The position numbers and the translations under genes were made by a program. This document shows, one piece after another, positions 18,804 through 26,860 of a DNA stretch of 38,691 bases (its first letter is position 1; the number at the start of each line of letters is the position of its first letter). The notes under the pieces are model-generated. The model was not told the DNA's origin and did not search any database. It worked only from the letters and a program-made list of their open reading frames with translations. The stretch comes from a virus: IMG/VR virus record IMGVR_UViG_3300029305_002455; one strand, written 5' to 3'.

Positions 18804-19112
18804 ATGAACCAAATAATAATTGTAGGTAGATTAGTTGAAAAACCTATTTTAGAAGAAAGTGAAAATGGAAGAAAGGTAAGTACAATAACATTAGCAGTAC
18901 ATAGAAGTTTTAAAAATGATGAAGGGTATTATGAAACAGATTTTATACCTTGTAATTTAGTAGGACAAACTGCAGAAACAACTTGTGAATACTGTCAAAA
19001 AGGTGATGTTATTGGTGTTAAAGGCAGACTTGCTAGATTAAGCAAACAAGATTTGCAAGTAATAGCAGATAGAGTAACATTTTTAAAAAGTGGCAGAAGG
19101 GAAGAAGAATAA
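18804..19112 (+). CDS. Short OB-fold SSB-like protein lacking the acidic C-terminal tip
   Basis: 102 aa; MNQIIIVGRLVEKPILEESENGRKVSTITLAVHRSFKNDEGYYETDFIPC... parallels the N-terminus of the 20973 SSB. Confidence 0.6.
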   Translation: MNQIIIVGRLVEKPILEESENGRKVSTITLAVHRSFKNDEGYYETDFIPCNLVGQTAETTCEYCQKGDVIGVKGRLARLSKQDLQVIADRVTFLKSGRREEE

Positions 19113-19735
19113 TGGAAAACAAAAGTTTAAATGAAAGTATTATTGATATCAGAGTAAAATTACAAAATGCAAAACTAAAGAAAAGTGGAAAAAATAAATT
19201 TGCAGGATTTGATTATTTTGAACTAGCAGATTTTCTGCCAAAATTAAATGAATTAATGCAAGAAGAAAAAATCAATGATAGATTTAGTATCATCAATAAC
19301 AATGATGGAACAATGACTGCAAGTCTACTATTAATAAAAGGTAATGAAAATCAAGCATATACAATGCCATTTGTAATGTTTGAAACACCAGTAAATGTTA
19401 AAGTTAATGAAAAGACTGGAGAAGTAATAAGAGAAGTAAAATCAATGCAAGATATTCAGTATCTAGGAGCATTGAATACATATTATAAAAGATATTTATA
19501 TCTAAATGCTTTTGGTATTACAGATGGAGAAGTAATTGATAGTATGGACAATGAAGAATTGGGATCTGGACCAAAAACAGAAAGAAAAGCAACTGCAGGA
19601 CAATTAGCAGTATTAGAAAAATTATCAGAAGAAGGTAAAGCAAAAGTATATGCAAAATATAGTGTAAATGCACTTGAAGAATTAACACTAAAACAAGCAA
19701 GTGAATTAATAAGTAGTTTGAAAGGAAATAAATAA
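19112..19735 (+). CDS. ERF-family single-strand annealing protein
   Basis: 207 aa; ...KKSGKNKFAGFDYFELADFLPKLNELM... is the characteristic ERF N-terminal motif. Confidence 0.7.
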   Translation: MENKSLNESIIDIRVKLQNAKLKKSGKNKFAGFDYFELADFLPKLNELMQEEKINDRFSIINNNDGTMTASLLLIKGNENQAYTMPFVMFETPVNVKVNEKTGEVIREVKSMQDIQYLGALNTYYKRYLYLNAFGITDGEVIDSMDNEELGSGPKTERKATAGQLAVLEKLSEEGKAKVYAKYSVNALEELTLKQASELISSLKGNK

Positions 19736-19736
19736 T

Positions 19737-20066
19737 ATGAATAGTTTAGTAGTTTTAGAAAATGGAGAATATGATGTAGCATTAGATGTTAAAAATACAA
19801 TATTCTCAATAGAAAATGAAATCAAGAACTTAACTGATTTAAGAGATAAATATAAGAAAGCATTAATTAAAGAAATTGAAGATAGAGGAATTACTAAATG
19901 TAATATTAAAAATGAATTATTTACATTAACCTATAAAGCACCATCAACAAAAGAAACATTAGACAGTAAATCATTAAAAGCAGATATGCCAGAAATCTAT
20001 AATGAATATATAAAGATAAGTGAAGTATCATCAAGTATAAGTGTTAGATTAAAGGAGGAAAAGTAA
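19737..20066 (+). CDS. Hypothetical protein
   Basis: 109 aa; tightly coupled within the recombination operon. Confidence 0.5.
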   Translation: MNSLVVLENGEYDVALDVKNTIFSIENEIKNLTDLRDKYKKALIKEIEDRGITKCNIKNELFTLTYKAPSTKETLDSKSLKADMPEIYNEYIKISEVSSSISVRLKEEK

Positions 20067-20134
20067 TGGAAATAACTTTAGTAATATGTGCGACATTAAT
20101 TATCATATTTCTTATTGATAAATTTGTTAAATAG
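20066..20134 (+). CDS. Tiny hydrophobic peptide (22 aa): MEITLVICATLIIIFLIDKFVK
   Basis: TAATG overlap with the upstream stop; strong SD AGGAGG 7 nt upstream; single TM-length hydrophobic stretch. Confidence 0.35.
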   Translation: MEITLVICATLIIIFLIDKFVK

Positions 20135-20137
20135 CAA

Positions 20138-20156
20138 ACTTGAATTTAATTCAAAA
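20138..20156. promoter_or_regulatory. Operator site 2: ACTTGAATTTAATTCAAAA
   Basis: Palindromic core TGAATTTAATTCA; extra half-site ACTTGCA 30 nt downstream (20168..20174) covering the TTG start of the nuclease gene. Confidence 0.55.
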
Positions 20157-20169
20157 AGGAGTTGGTAAC

Positions 20170-20793
20170 TTGCAAGATATAGAAAGTTGGAATATAGCAG
20201 GTGGTTTATTAGAGTATATAGATGATACTCACACCTATATATTTAATGGAGAAATTTTGCCAAGTATAACACAAGTTTTAAATGTAAAGTTTGGCAGAAA
20301 ATATGAAGGTATTTCAAAAGAAGTATTAAAAAAAGCAGCAATGAGAGGTAGTGCAGTACATAAAGCAATAGAAGATTATGAAAAGCATAGTATTGAAGAT
20401 ATAGAATCTACTGAATTAAGAAATTATAAGTTTTTGAAAAAAGCATATAAATTTGAATGTATAGATAATGAAGTACCAGTAGTTCTGTTTAAGGATGATG
20501 AACCAGTTGCTTGTGGTAGATTAGACCTAGTTCTTAAAGAAAATGGACAAGTAGGACTTGGAGATATAAAAAGAACTTCAAGATTAGATAAAGATTATCT
20601 AAAATACCAGTTGAATTTGTATAGAATAGCATATCAACAATGTTATTGTACTGAAATAAAGTTTTTAAGGGGCATACACCTGCGAAATGAAGTTAGGAAA
20701 TACATTAACCTACCTATTGATGAAAAGATGGCTATGAGCCTATTAAATGAGTTTTTAGAAGGAGAAAAAGAAAATGATAAATGTAATGAATGA
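20170..20793 (+). CDS. PD-(D/E)XK (Cas4/RecB-like) nuclease, exonuclease partner of Erf
   Basis: About 207 aa from TTG 20170 (SD AAAGGAG 8 nt upstream; the track start 20140 lies inside the operator); ...GRLDLVLKENGQVGLGDIKRTS...YQLNLYRIAY... = D...D-x-K...Q-x3-Y motif. Confidence 0.6.
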   Translation: MQDIESWNIAGGLLEYIDDTHTYIFNGEILPSITQVLNVKFGRKYEGISKEVLKKAAMRGSAVHKAIEDYEKHSIEDIESTELRNYKFLKKAYKFECIDNEVPVVLFKDDEPVACGRLDLVLKENGQVGLGDIKRTSRLDKDYLKYQLNLYRIAYQQCYCTEIKFLRGIHLRNEVRKYINLPIDEKMAMSLLNEFLEGEKENDKCNE

Positions 20794-20980
20794 AGTAATT
20801 AACCAAAAAACAATGGACCAATACAAGGTTATAGAAGATAGATATTTGACATTAAAAAAATATTTAAGATTACAAATGCAAAAACATAGTTTTATATCAG
20901 CAGAAGATATAGAAATGATAATTAAGTCTTTAGAAGATGAACCAATAGAAAAAGATAAGGAGAAAAAAAATAATGAATAA
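20774..20980 (+). CDS. Hypothetical protein
   Basis: 68 aa; SD GGAG 9 nt upstream. Confidence 0.45.
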   Translation: MINVMNEVINQKTMDQYKVIEDRYLTLKKYLRLQMQKHSFISAEDIEMIIKSLEDEPIEKDKEKKNNE

Positions 20981-21395
20981 AATATTTCTGACTGGAAGAA
21001 CTACTAAAGAAATTGAAACAAGATATACACCATCTGGAATACCAGTAGTACAATTTATTTTAGCAGTTACAAGAGATTATAAAAATGCTAATGGAGAATA
21101 TGAAAGTGATTTTATAAATTGTGTAGCATATAAACATAATGCAGAAGCATTAAAAAATTGGGTTGAAAAAGGAGATAAGATAGGAATTGAAGGACATTTA
21201 CAAACTAGAAAATATCAAAATAAAGAAGGTAAAACTGTTTATGTAAGTGAAACAATAGTTGAAAAAATAGAATTTTTACAACCAAGAAAAAAAGAAGAAA
21301 ATGTATCAGAAATAGAACCTAAAAAAGAAGAAAGTGATCCATTTGCTGAATTTGGAAATGAAATAACATTAACTGATGATATGCTACCATTTTAG
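20973..21395 (+). CDS. ssb: Single-stranded DNA-binding protein
   Basis: 140 aa; OB-fold N-terminus; acidic C-terminal tip ...DDMLPF. Confidence 0.8.
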   Translation: MNKIFLTGRTTKEIETRYTPSGIPVVQFILAVTRDYKNANGEYESDFINCVAYKHNAEALKNWVEKGDKIGIEGHLQTRKYQNKEGKTVYVSETIVEKIEFLQPRKKEENVSEIEPKKEESDPFAEFGNEITLTDDMLPF

Positions 21396-21407
21396 GTAGG
21401 TGTTAGT

Positions 21408-21848
21408 ATGAAATTATATGGAAAAGTAAATGAATTAATACCAGAACTTTTAAAACTTGATATGAATAAGTTATTTCAAGTTGAAGTAAAAGAACCGAAA
21501 TCAAAAAGGAGTTTGGACCAAAACAGGCTCCTTTGGAGATTGGTCCATAAAATTGCAAAAGCAACTTTTCAAGATGATATGGAGATTTATTGTACTGCAT
21601 TAGAAAGAGCAGATGCTTTAAGTGATTATGTAATAACTGCAACAGATATGGAAAAAGCATTAAGAAAATCATTTAGGGGAGTAAAGTTCATAAGGATGCA
21701 AGAAGTAAATGGAAAAGATTGCTATATATATAAAGTATATTTAGGAAGTTCAAAAATGAGTGTGCAAGAAATGACTGAATTATTAGAGATAGTATTTCAG
21801 ATGTGTGCTGAATTGAATATTCCAACAATGGAGGATTTTTATGAATAG
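21408..21848 (+). CDS. NinB/Orf-like recombination mediator
   Basis: 146 aa; ...KRSLDQNRLLWRLVHKIA... matches the NinB signature. Confidence 0.5.
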   Translation: MKLYGKVNELIPELLKLDMNKLFQVEVKEPKSKRSLDQNRLLWRLVHKIAKATFQDDMEIYCTALERADALSDYVITATDMEKALRKSFRGVKFIRMQEVNGKDCYIYKVYLGSSKMSVQEMTELLEIVFQMCAELNIPTMEDFYE

Positions 21849-22140
21849 AAGTGAATGGAGTATAATGCCACCAAGTCCATATTATTCAACAAAAAGATTT
21901 TATGGAAGTGAAAGAAATGAAGTGTTTGGAGGAACTGCAAATAGAAAAAAGTCTATTGAAGATGGATTAGTAATATTCTTAACTCCAGATGACCATAGAA
22001 CAGGGAAACACTCATTCCATCTGGACCCACAAAACCCAAGATGGGTTGAAGTAAGAAAGATAGCACAAAAAAGATGGATGGAATTTTACAATAAAACACC
22101 AGAACAATTTATAAAGAGATATGGAAGGAATTATTTATGA
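21841..22140 (+). CDS. Conserved phage protein (FGG-x-NRK-S-x-x-DGL motif family)
   Basis: 99 aa; motif EVFGGTANRKKSIEDGLVIFLTPDDH...RYGRNYL. The Cys/His ligands usual in this family are missing at the N-terminus. Confidence 0.4.
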   Translation: MNRSEWSIMPPSPYYSTKRFYGSERNEVFGGTANRKKSIEDGLVIFLTPDDHRTGKHSFHLDPQNPRWVEVRKIAQKRWMEFYNKTPEQFIKRYGRNYL

Positions 22141-22577
22141 TATTAGCGATAGATCCAGGCAATATAGAAAGTGCATATTGCCTTATAGAAAAAGAAACAT
22201 ATAAACCTATTGAATTTGGAAAGATAGATAATACTCTTTTATTAATTAAACTTGGAGAACTAAAGTATGAAAAGTTAGTAATAGAAATGATTGCAAGTTA
22301 TGGTATGGCAGTAGGACAAACAGTATTTGAAACTTGTGTATGGATTGGCAGATTTATTCAGAGAAGAACTTGTAGTGATTTTGAATACATATACAGAAAA
22401 GATGTAAAGATGAATCTATGTAATTCTACGAAAGCAAAAGATAGTAATGTAAGACAAGCATTAATAGATAGATTTGGAGTAGTAGGAACAAAGAAAAAAC
22501 AAGGATGGTTCTATGGATTTAAAGCAGATATATGGAGTGCTTATGCAGTAGGCATTACTTATTTAGATAAGAATTAA
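22137..22577 (+). CDS. RuvC-like Holliday junction resolvase
   Basis: 146 aa; MILAIDPGN... catalytic Asp motif and VIEMIASYG second acidic motif. Confidence 0.55.
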   Translation: MILAIDPGNIESAYCLIEKETYKPIEFGKIDNTLLLIKLGELKYEKLVIEMIASYGMAVGQTVFETCVWIGRFIQRRTCSDFEYIYRKDVKMNLCNSTKAKDSNVRQALIDRFGVVGTKKKQGWFYGFKADIWSAYAVGITYLDKN

Positions 22578-22611
22578 AAAAGGAAATAAGGAATTAAAAA
22601 GGGTGAATAAA

Positions 22612-22821
22612 ATGACAATGAAAGATAGAATATTAAGACATTTAAAAGACTATGGAAGTATAACAACTTGGGATGCAATAATGGAATATGGATGCACCAG
22701 ATTAGGACATTATATATGGGTATTGAGAAGAAAAGAAAATTATAGTATTAGTGATGAAGTAATTAAAGGGAAGAATAGATATGGAGAACATACTCATTTT
22801 AAAAAATATTACTTGAATTAA
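22612..22821 (+). CDS. Winged-helix DNA-binding protein (HTH_39-like)
   Basis: 69 aa from ATG 22612 (the track GTG 22603 sits on the SD); ...GSITTWDAIMEYGCTRLGHYIWVLRRK...FKKYYL. Its stop lies in operator site 3. Confidence 0.45.
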   Translation: MTMKDRILRHLKDYGSITTWDAIMEYGCTRLGHYIWVLRRKENYSISDEVIKGKNRYGEHTHFKKYYLN

Positions 22822-22829
22822 ATTCATAA
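22811..22829. promoter_or_regulatory. Operator site 3: ACTTGAATTAAATTCATAA
   Basis: Identical to site 1; extra half-site ACTTGCA exactly 30 nt downstream (22841..22847). Confidence 0.55.
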
Positions 22830-22920
22830 AATTAGTGTAAACTTGCATAAAACTATTGTAATTCATTCAAATATAAGGTAGAATTAAGGTAAGAATATGG
22901 AAATAGTAGGAGGCGAAGTT

Positions 22921-23079
22921 ATGGAAACACCAAAATTAATACTTCAAAAAAATGCTGATAAAGTATTGAACCGAATAATTCTACCTAAAAAATTTGTAGA
23001 TGAATGGGGCAGAGAATTTTATATGATGGTATTTGAAGATTATATAAAATTAGTGCCAGTAAAGAAAAAGGAGCAATAG
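22921..23079 (+). CDS. AbrB/SpoVT-like small DNA-binding protein
   Basis: 52 aa from ATG 22921 (SD AGGAGG 7 nt upstream); ...RIILPKKFVDEWGREFYMMVFEDYIKLVPV... Confidence 0.4.
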   Translation: METPKLILQKNADKVLNRIILPKKFVDEWGREFYMMVFEDYIKLVPVKKKEQ

Positions 23080-23112
23080 GTAAAATGAAAACAAAAAAGG
23101 GAAGTGCTTAAG

Positions 23113-23913
23113 ATGAAAGATAGTTTTGTATTTTATAGGAGTTTTTATGAGAGTATAGGAAACCTAGATAAAGATATACAGTTAGAAATATATAATGCTA
23201 TATGTGAGTATTCATTGAATGATAAAAATCCAGAATTATCTCCAATAGCAACTGCAATATTTACATTGATAAAGCCTAATATAGATAATGCAACAAAAAG
23301 GTATAATGCTAGTGTTGAAAATGGTAAAAAAGGTGGTAGACCTAAAAAAAATGAAAACCTAAAAAAACCTAACGAAAACCTAAAAAAACCTAACAATAAC
23401 CTAGATGAAACCCAAGACAAACCTAATGAAAACCTTAATGTATATGTATATGTAGATGAAGATGTAGATGATAATGATAATTTATATGTAGATGAGGATG
23501 AGGATGTAAATATAGATGAAGATATTAAAAAAGCAAATATACTTTCCTCCCAGCCAAAAGATGAAGAAATATTAAAATCTGAATTTAATGAATTATGGAA
23601 GTTATACCCTAAAAAGGTTGGTAAAGAAAAATCATTTACTAAATACAAAAAGTATAGAACTTCTAAAGGTGATGAATATTGCACTTATGATGAAGTATTA
23701 AGTGGACTTAATAGATATTTAAAATACATAGAGCAAAATAGTTGGTATAGTCCAAAAGATGGTTCAACTTGGTTTAATAATAGAAGTTGGAATGATGAAT
23801 ATGAATTGAAAGAAGATAAAGTTCCAACTTGGTTTAATCAAAATACAGAAGAAGAACCAATAAATGAAGATAGTAAAAAAGAATTAGAAGAATTGCTGAA
23901 AGAATTTAGGTGA
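23113..23913 (+). CDS. Replisome organiser / replication initiator with internal origin repeats
   Basis: 266 aa from ATG 23113. N-terminal ...FVFYRSFYESIGNL...EIYNAICEY...; C-terminal ...LWKLYPKKVGKEKSFTKYKK... motif; iterons inside the gene. Confidence 0.55.
   Translation: MKDSFVFYRSFYESIGNLDKDIQLEIYNAICEYSLNDKNPELSPIATAIFTLIKPNIDNATKRYNASVENGKKGGRPKKNENLKKPNENLKKPNNNLDETQDKPNENLNVYVYVDEDVDDNDNLYVDEDEDVNIDEDIKKANILSSQPKDEEILKSEFNELWKLYPKKVGKEKSFTKYKKYRTSKGDEYCTYDEVLSGLNRYLKYIEQNSWYSPKDGSTWFNNRSWNDEYELKEDKVPTWFNQNTEEEPINEDSKKELEELLKEFR
23338..23440. repeat. Iteron array (candidate ori): exact tandem 21-mers GAAAACCTAAAAAAACCTAAC x2 plus further AACCTA units
   Basis: 23353..23373 and 23374..23394 are identical; partial units on both sides. 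Followed by ATGTAGATGA-type repeats to about 23530. Confidence 0.6.
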
Positions 23914-23917
23914 TAGT

Positions 23918-24283
23918 GTGAGAAAGTTAAATAAATTATACTTTTTAAAAATGGAAATAGATGAAATAAAAAAAGAAATAAGTAATTTAACAGAAATAGG
24001 TTCTCCTGCAATAACAGGGATGCCACATAGTAATTCTGTTAGTGATCCAGTATCACAATACTTTATGAAGAAACAAAGATTAACGGAAAAACTTAATAAA
24101 AAATTAGAAAGATACATTGATGAATTAACAAGAGTTGAAAACATCATTGATAATATAGAAGATGCAGATATAAGATTGATTGCCAGATTAAGATTTGTAG
24201 ATAATCTGGAATGGAAAGAAATATCAAAAAAGGTCCATTTAGATAGGACAGTTTGTTATAGAAAAATAAAAAAGTATTTATAA
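23918..24283 (+). CDS. ArpU/RinA-type (sigma-70 region-4-like) late transcription regulator
   Basis: 121 aa; ...GSPAITGMPHSNSVSDPV... then ...ADIRLIARLRFVDNLEWKEISKKVHLDRTVCYRKIKKYL (HTH). Confidence 0.45.
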   Translation: MRKLNKLYFLKMEIDEIKKEISNLTEIGSPAITGMPHSNSVSDPVSQYFMKKQRLTEKLNKKLERYIDELTRVENIIDNIEDADIRLIARLRFVDNLEWKEISKKVHLDRTVCYRKIKKYL

Positions 24284-24295
24284 GAAAGGGAATAT

Positions 24296-24787
24296 ATGAA
24301 AATTTTATCGAACAAAAATTATGGGGTTTTGGTTGATAGAATAACAAAATTAGAAAAAGAAAAAGAATTAATAGAAAAGAAATATAATAACAAAGATTTT
24401 AAGTATTTAGAAGAATATGATAAGTATAGAAATAAATGCGATAAATTAGAAGAAGCAAATAAATATCATCAAAAATTAATTGAAGTTAAAGATAAAGACA
24501 TAGAACAAATAAGTGAGAAATTAAATGTAACTATTTTTGAAAATAGACAGTTAAAAGCATTAGTTAAAGAAGTAAGAGGTTCAAAAGGTGGTTTAACTTG
24601 TCGAGTAAATAAATTAACAAGTGAACTTAAAGCAAAAGATGAAAAGATAAAACAATTAGAAGAAGAATTAAGTAAAAGATATACATTAAAAGAACTGAAA
24701 CCAGTTAAGCCAAAAGCACAAAAAATGATGCTTAAAAGTTCAAGTAGACAAAGTAATGCAATTAAGTTAGTAAAGGAGAAATGCTAG
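24296..24787 (+). CDS. Coiled-coil hypothetical protein
   Basis: 163 aa; Lys/Glu-rich heptad-like sequence. Confidence 0.5.
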   Translation: MKILSNKNYGVLVDRITKLEKEKELIEKKYNNKDFKYLEEYDKYRNKCDKLEEANKYHQKLIEVKDKDIEQISEKLNVTIFENRQLKALVKEVRGSKGGLTCRVNKLTSELKAKDEKIKQLEEELSKRYTLKELKPVKPKAQKMMLKSSSRQSNAIKLVKEKC

Positions 24788-25051
24788 ATGCTAAAGATAA
24801 AAGATAATATAGATTTAAAAGAATTAGAAAAGTATGAAGAATTAGAATGTATGATACCAGAAGTATATGGATTTAATATGAAATACGAAAATACTTATAC
24901 AGATAAAAAATGTATTTATTCAACAGATAGAGAAGATTTATATTGTGAATTAGACATAATGGAAGATGGAGAAATAAGAGCCAGTTGTTATTTAGATTTG
25001 ATTTATGACTTAATAAAAGATGGATTAGTAGAAAAGGTGGAAGATAAATAA
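24788..25051 (+). CDS. Hypothetical protein
   Basis: 87 aa; abuts the upstream stop. Confidence 0.45.
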   Translation: MLKIKDNIDLKELEKYEELECMIPEVYGFNMKYENTYTDKKCIYSTDREDLYCELDIMEDGEIRASCYLDLIYDLIKDGLVEKVEDK

Positions 25052-25293
25052 TGTTAAGTAATATACCTTATGAAGAAATGCCAGAAAAAATAGAAGAATT
25101 GGCAGGAGATGTAGAAAGACTAGAAAACAACTGGAACAAATTAAAAGAAAGTGTAAAAAGACGCATTAAAAGTTATGAAGATAGAGAAAAACTAGGTAAA
25201 GGTTATGAACTAACAGAAGTTATGCAAATTACCCTTGCTTGTGATAGAAGATTTTTAGAAACAATGCAAGAAATAGAAAAGAAACAACAATGA
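25051..25293 (+). CDS. Hypothetical protein
   Basis: 80 aa; TAATG coupling. Confidence 0.45.
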   Translation: MLSNIPYEEMPEKIEELAGDVERLENNWNKLKESVKRRIKSYEDREKLGKGYELTEVMQITLACDRRFLETMQEIEKKQQ

Positions 25294-25469
25294 CAATACT
25301 ACAACTGATATTTAGATTAAATGAAATAAGAAAAGAACAAGATAAACTAGAACTAAAGAAAATGGAATTAGATAATGAGTATAACCAAATTGTTTATGAA
25401 CTTTGGGGTAAGATACCAAGTTTAGAAAACAATGAAGATATACAACCAATGAAGAGAGTTAGAAAGTAG
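25290..25469 (+). CDS. Small hypothetical protein (59 aa, below track cut-off)
   Basis: ATGA coupling to the upstream stop; MTILQLIFRLNEIRKEQDKLELKK... Confidence 0.35.
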   Translation: MTILQLIFRLNEIRKEQDKLELKKMELDNEYNQIVYELWGKIPSLENNEDIQPMKRVRK

Positions 25470-25475
25470 GAAATA

Positions 25476-25640
25476 ATGAAAGAAAAATTTTTATATAAAG
25501 CTGATAATGGAACAATAGAATACATTGGTTATTATGTTGTACTAGAAAAAATAGCAAGTTTAATGGATAAAGTTAGCAGAGAAGAAAGAATAATATTAAT
25601 AGATAAGTATATTGAAATTGCTAAGATATTTAACAAATAG
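25476..25640 (+). CDS. Small hypothetical protein (54 aa, below track cut-off)
   Basis: ATG 25476, preceded by the same 21-nt block that precedes the 25654 gene. Confidence 0.35.
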   Translation: MKEKFLYKADNGTIEYIGYYVVLEKIASLMDKVSREERIILIDKYIEIAKIFNK

Positions 25641-25653
25641 AAAGTAGGAAATA

Positions 25654-25881
25654 ATGAATATAGGTTCAGTAGTTCAATTTAATAGCAACCATAAATGGGC
25701 AGGTTCATTAGGAATTATAGAAGAAATAAAAGATTATGCAGAAGAACCAGAAATGATTAGATATTTAGTAGGAGTACCAGTACCAAGACAAGGAACTGCA
25801 TATATATTTGTAATGGCTAACGAAAATGCTATTGAATACATAGGGGAAGCAGTAATGACAGTAAGGAAAGATGAAGAATGA
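25654..25881 (+). CDS. Hypothetical protein
   Basis: 75 aa. Confidence 0.45.
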   Translation: MNIGSVVQFNSNHKWAGSLGIIEEIKDYAEEPEMIRYLVGVPVPRQGTAYIFVMANENAIEYIGEAVMTVRKDEE

Positions 25882-26177
25882 AAGAAGATTTAGAACATAT
25901 TATTTTAAATTATGGAGTTGAAAAACAAACAACAATTTGGATTGAAGAATTAAGTGAACTGATAAAAGAAATTTGCAAATGGCAAAGAAATTATGATAAA
26001 TGGGATGTAGATTTACCACAAGAAAATTATGATAAAATAACAAAAGAAATGGCTGATGTTGAGAATATATTAGAACAAATGAAAATAGTTTTAAACAATA
26101 ATCAAATTGTTCAAAATGAAAGATATTTAAAAAATAAAAGAGAATTAGAAAGGATCAAAAATGAAAAAGTTAAGTGA
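25878..26177 (+). CDS. Possible MazG-like all-alpha NTP pyrophosphohydrolase
   Basis: 99 aa; ...WIEELSELIKEICK...ITKEMADVENILEQM... resembles the EExxE...E-x-x-D pattern (weak). Confidence 0.3.
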   Translation: MKEDLEHIILNYGVEKQTTIWIEELSELIKEICKWQRNYDKWDVDLPQENYDKITKEMADVENILEQMKIVLNNNQIVQNERYLKNKRELERIKNEKVK

Positions 26178-26376
26178 TAGTACATTATCTCATCTTAATA
26201 GAAATGCTTTAGTTAAAACAATAAAAGAATTATATGCAATTAGAGATGAAGCAATAGAATATATAGAAAATAATAGTTCTAAATACGATAGAACAGGTGA
26301 TGGTTATACTTTTTTAGATGAAGATGAAATAAAGCCATTATTAGATATATTACAAGGTAATAAGGAGAATAAATGA
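26161..26376 (+). CDS. Hypothetical protein
   Basis: 71 aa. Confidence 0.45.
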   Translation: MKKLSDSTLSHLNRNALVKTIKELYAIRDEAIEYIENNSSKYDRTGDGYTFLDEDEIKPLLDILQGNKENK

Positions 26377-26438
26377 TTTTATTCATATTAGCAATTATAT
26401 TTATATTATATTGCATATTGAAAATTGGAAAGGATTAA
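26373..26438 (+). CDS. Tiny hydrophobic peptide (21 aa): MILFILAIIFILYCILKIGKD
   Basis: ATGA overlap with the upstream stop; SD AAGGAG 5-6 nt upstream; same design as 20066..20134. Confidence 0.35.
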   Translation: MILFILAIIFILYCILKIGKD

Positions 26439-26439
26439 T

Positions 26440-26472
26440 TTGCACACAAAACACAATTTGAAATGATATAAT
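26440..26472 (+). promoter_or_regulatory. Promoter-like element P1: TTGCAC, 21-nt spacer, TGaTATAAT
   Basis: Extended -10 TGATATAAT at 26464..26472; the upstream box TTTGCACACAAAACA recurs at 26860. Confidence 0.45.
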
Positions 26473-26478
26473 GATATT

Positions 26479-26845
26479 GTGATAATATAAAATCACGATA
26501 GAACCCATAATAAAATAGCAACTTTATAAGTTGCTACATAGTAGACAACCATTTTTCGTTAATCTCAATTAACAAATGGATGCTATCTTTTTATATTTCA
26601 TTGTCTGCTATGTAGGTGCTTATAAAAAACACCAATGATCCATAATAAAAAAGTGCTATCTTAATTGATAGCATACTAAATAATATGAAAAATTACTAAA
26701 GAAGTAAGGAATGTATGAATGAAAATTTAGAGTAATATTATTTAGTATGGTGTCTATATTAAGATACTACTCCCGACAACTAAAGGAGTATAAATATAAG
26801 GTTGCTAGAAAAGCGATAGAACATAGAAATATGGTCTATTTTTTA
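26479..26845 (+). ncRNA. Candidate about 365-nt structured non-coding RNA (ends approximate; strand not certain)
   Basis: ORF-free. Contains a 9-bp hairpin (26516..26536), a 15-bp long-range helix (26534..26548 with 26601..26615), an enclosed 12-bp hairpin (26549..26579), a 7-bp hairpin (26654..26673), a 15-bp perfect helix (26672..26686 with 26735..26749), and a GAAA-loop hairpin plus T-run (26816..26845). Confidence 0.4.
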
Positions 26846-26860
26846 AAGATAAAATGAAAT

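Noticed and set aside
23338-23530. Tandem repeats considered as a CRISPR or mini-array.
   Set aside because: The repeats are contiguous with no spacers, lie in-frame inside a coding gene, and fit iterons of a replication origin.
26534-26548. CTAC-ATA-GTAG hairpin that superficially resembles a Cas12a-type crRNA repeat handle (a possible RNA anti-CRISPR or solitary repeat).
   Set aside because: Only 4 bp of similarity, with different loop and flanks. The segment is better accounted for as one arm of a 15-bp long-range helix. No CRISPR-like periodicity is present.
26747-26857. 36-aa + strand ORF (MVSILRYYSRQLKEYKYK...) inside the non-coding island.
   Set aside because: It has no SD, its start sits inside the 15-bp helix, and it ends in the terminator hairpin. 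It is more likely part of a structured RNA.
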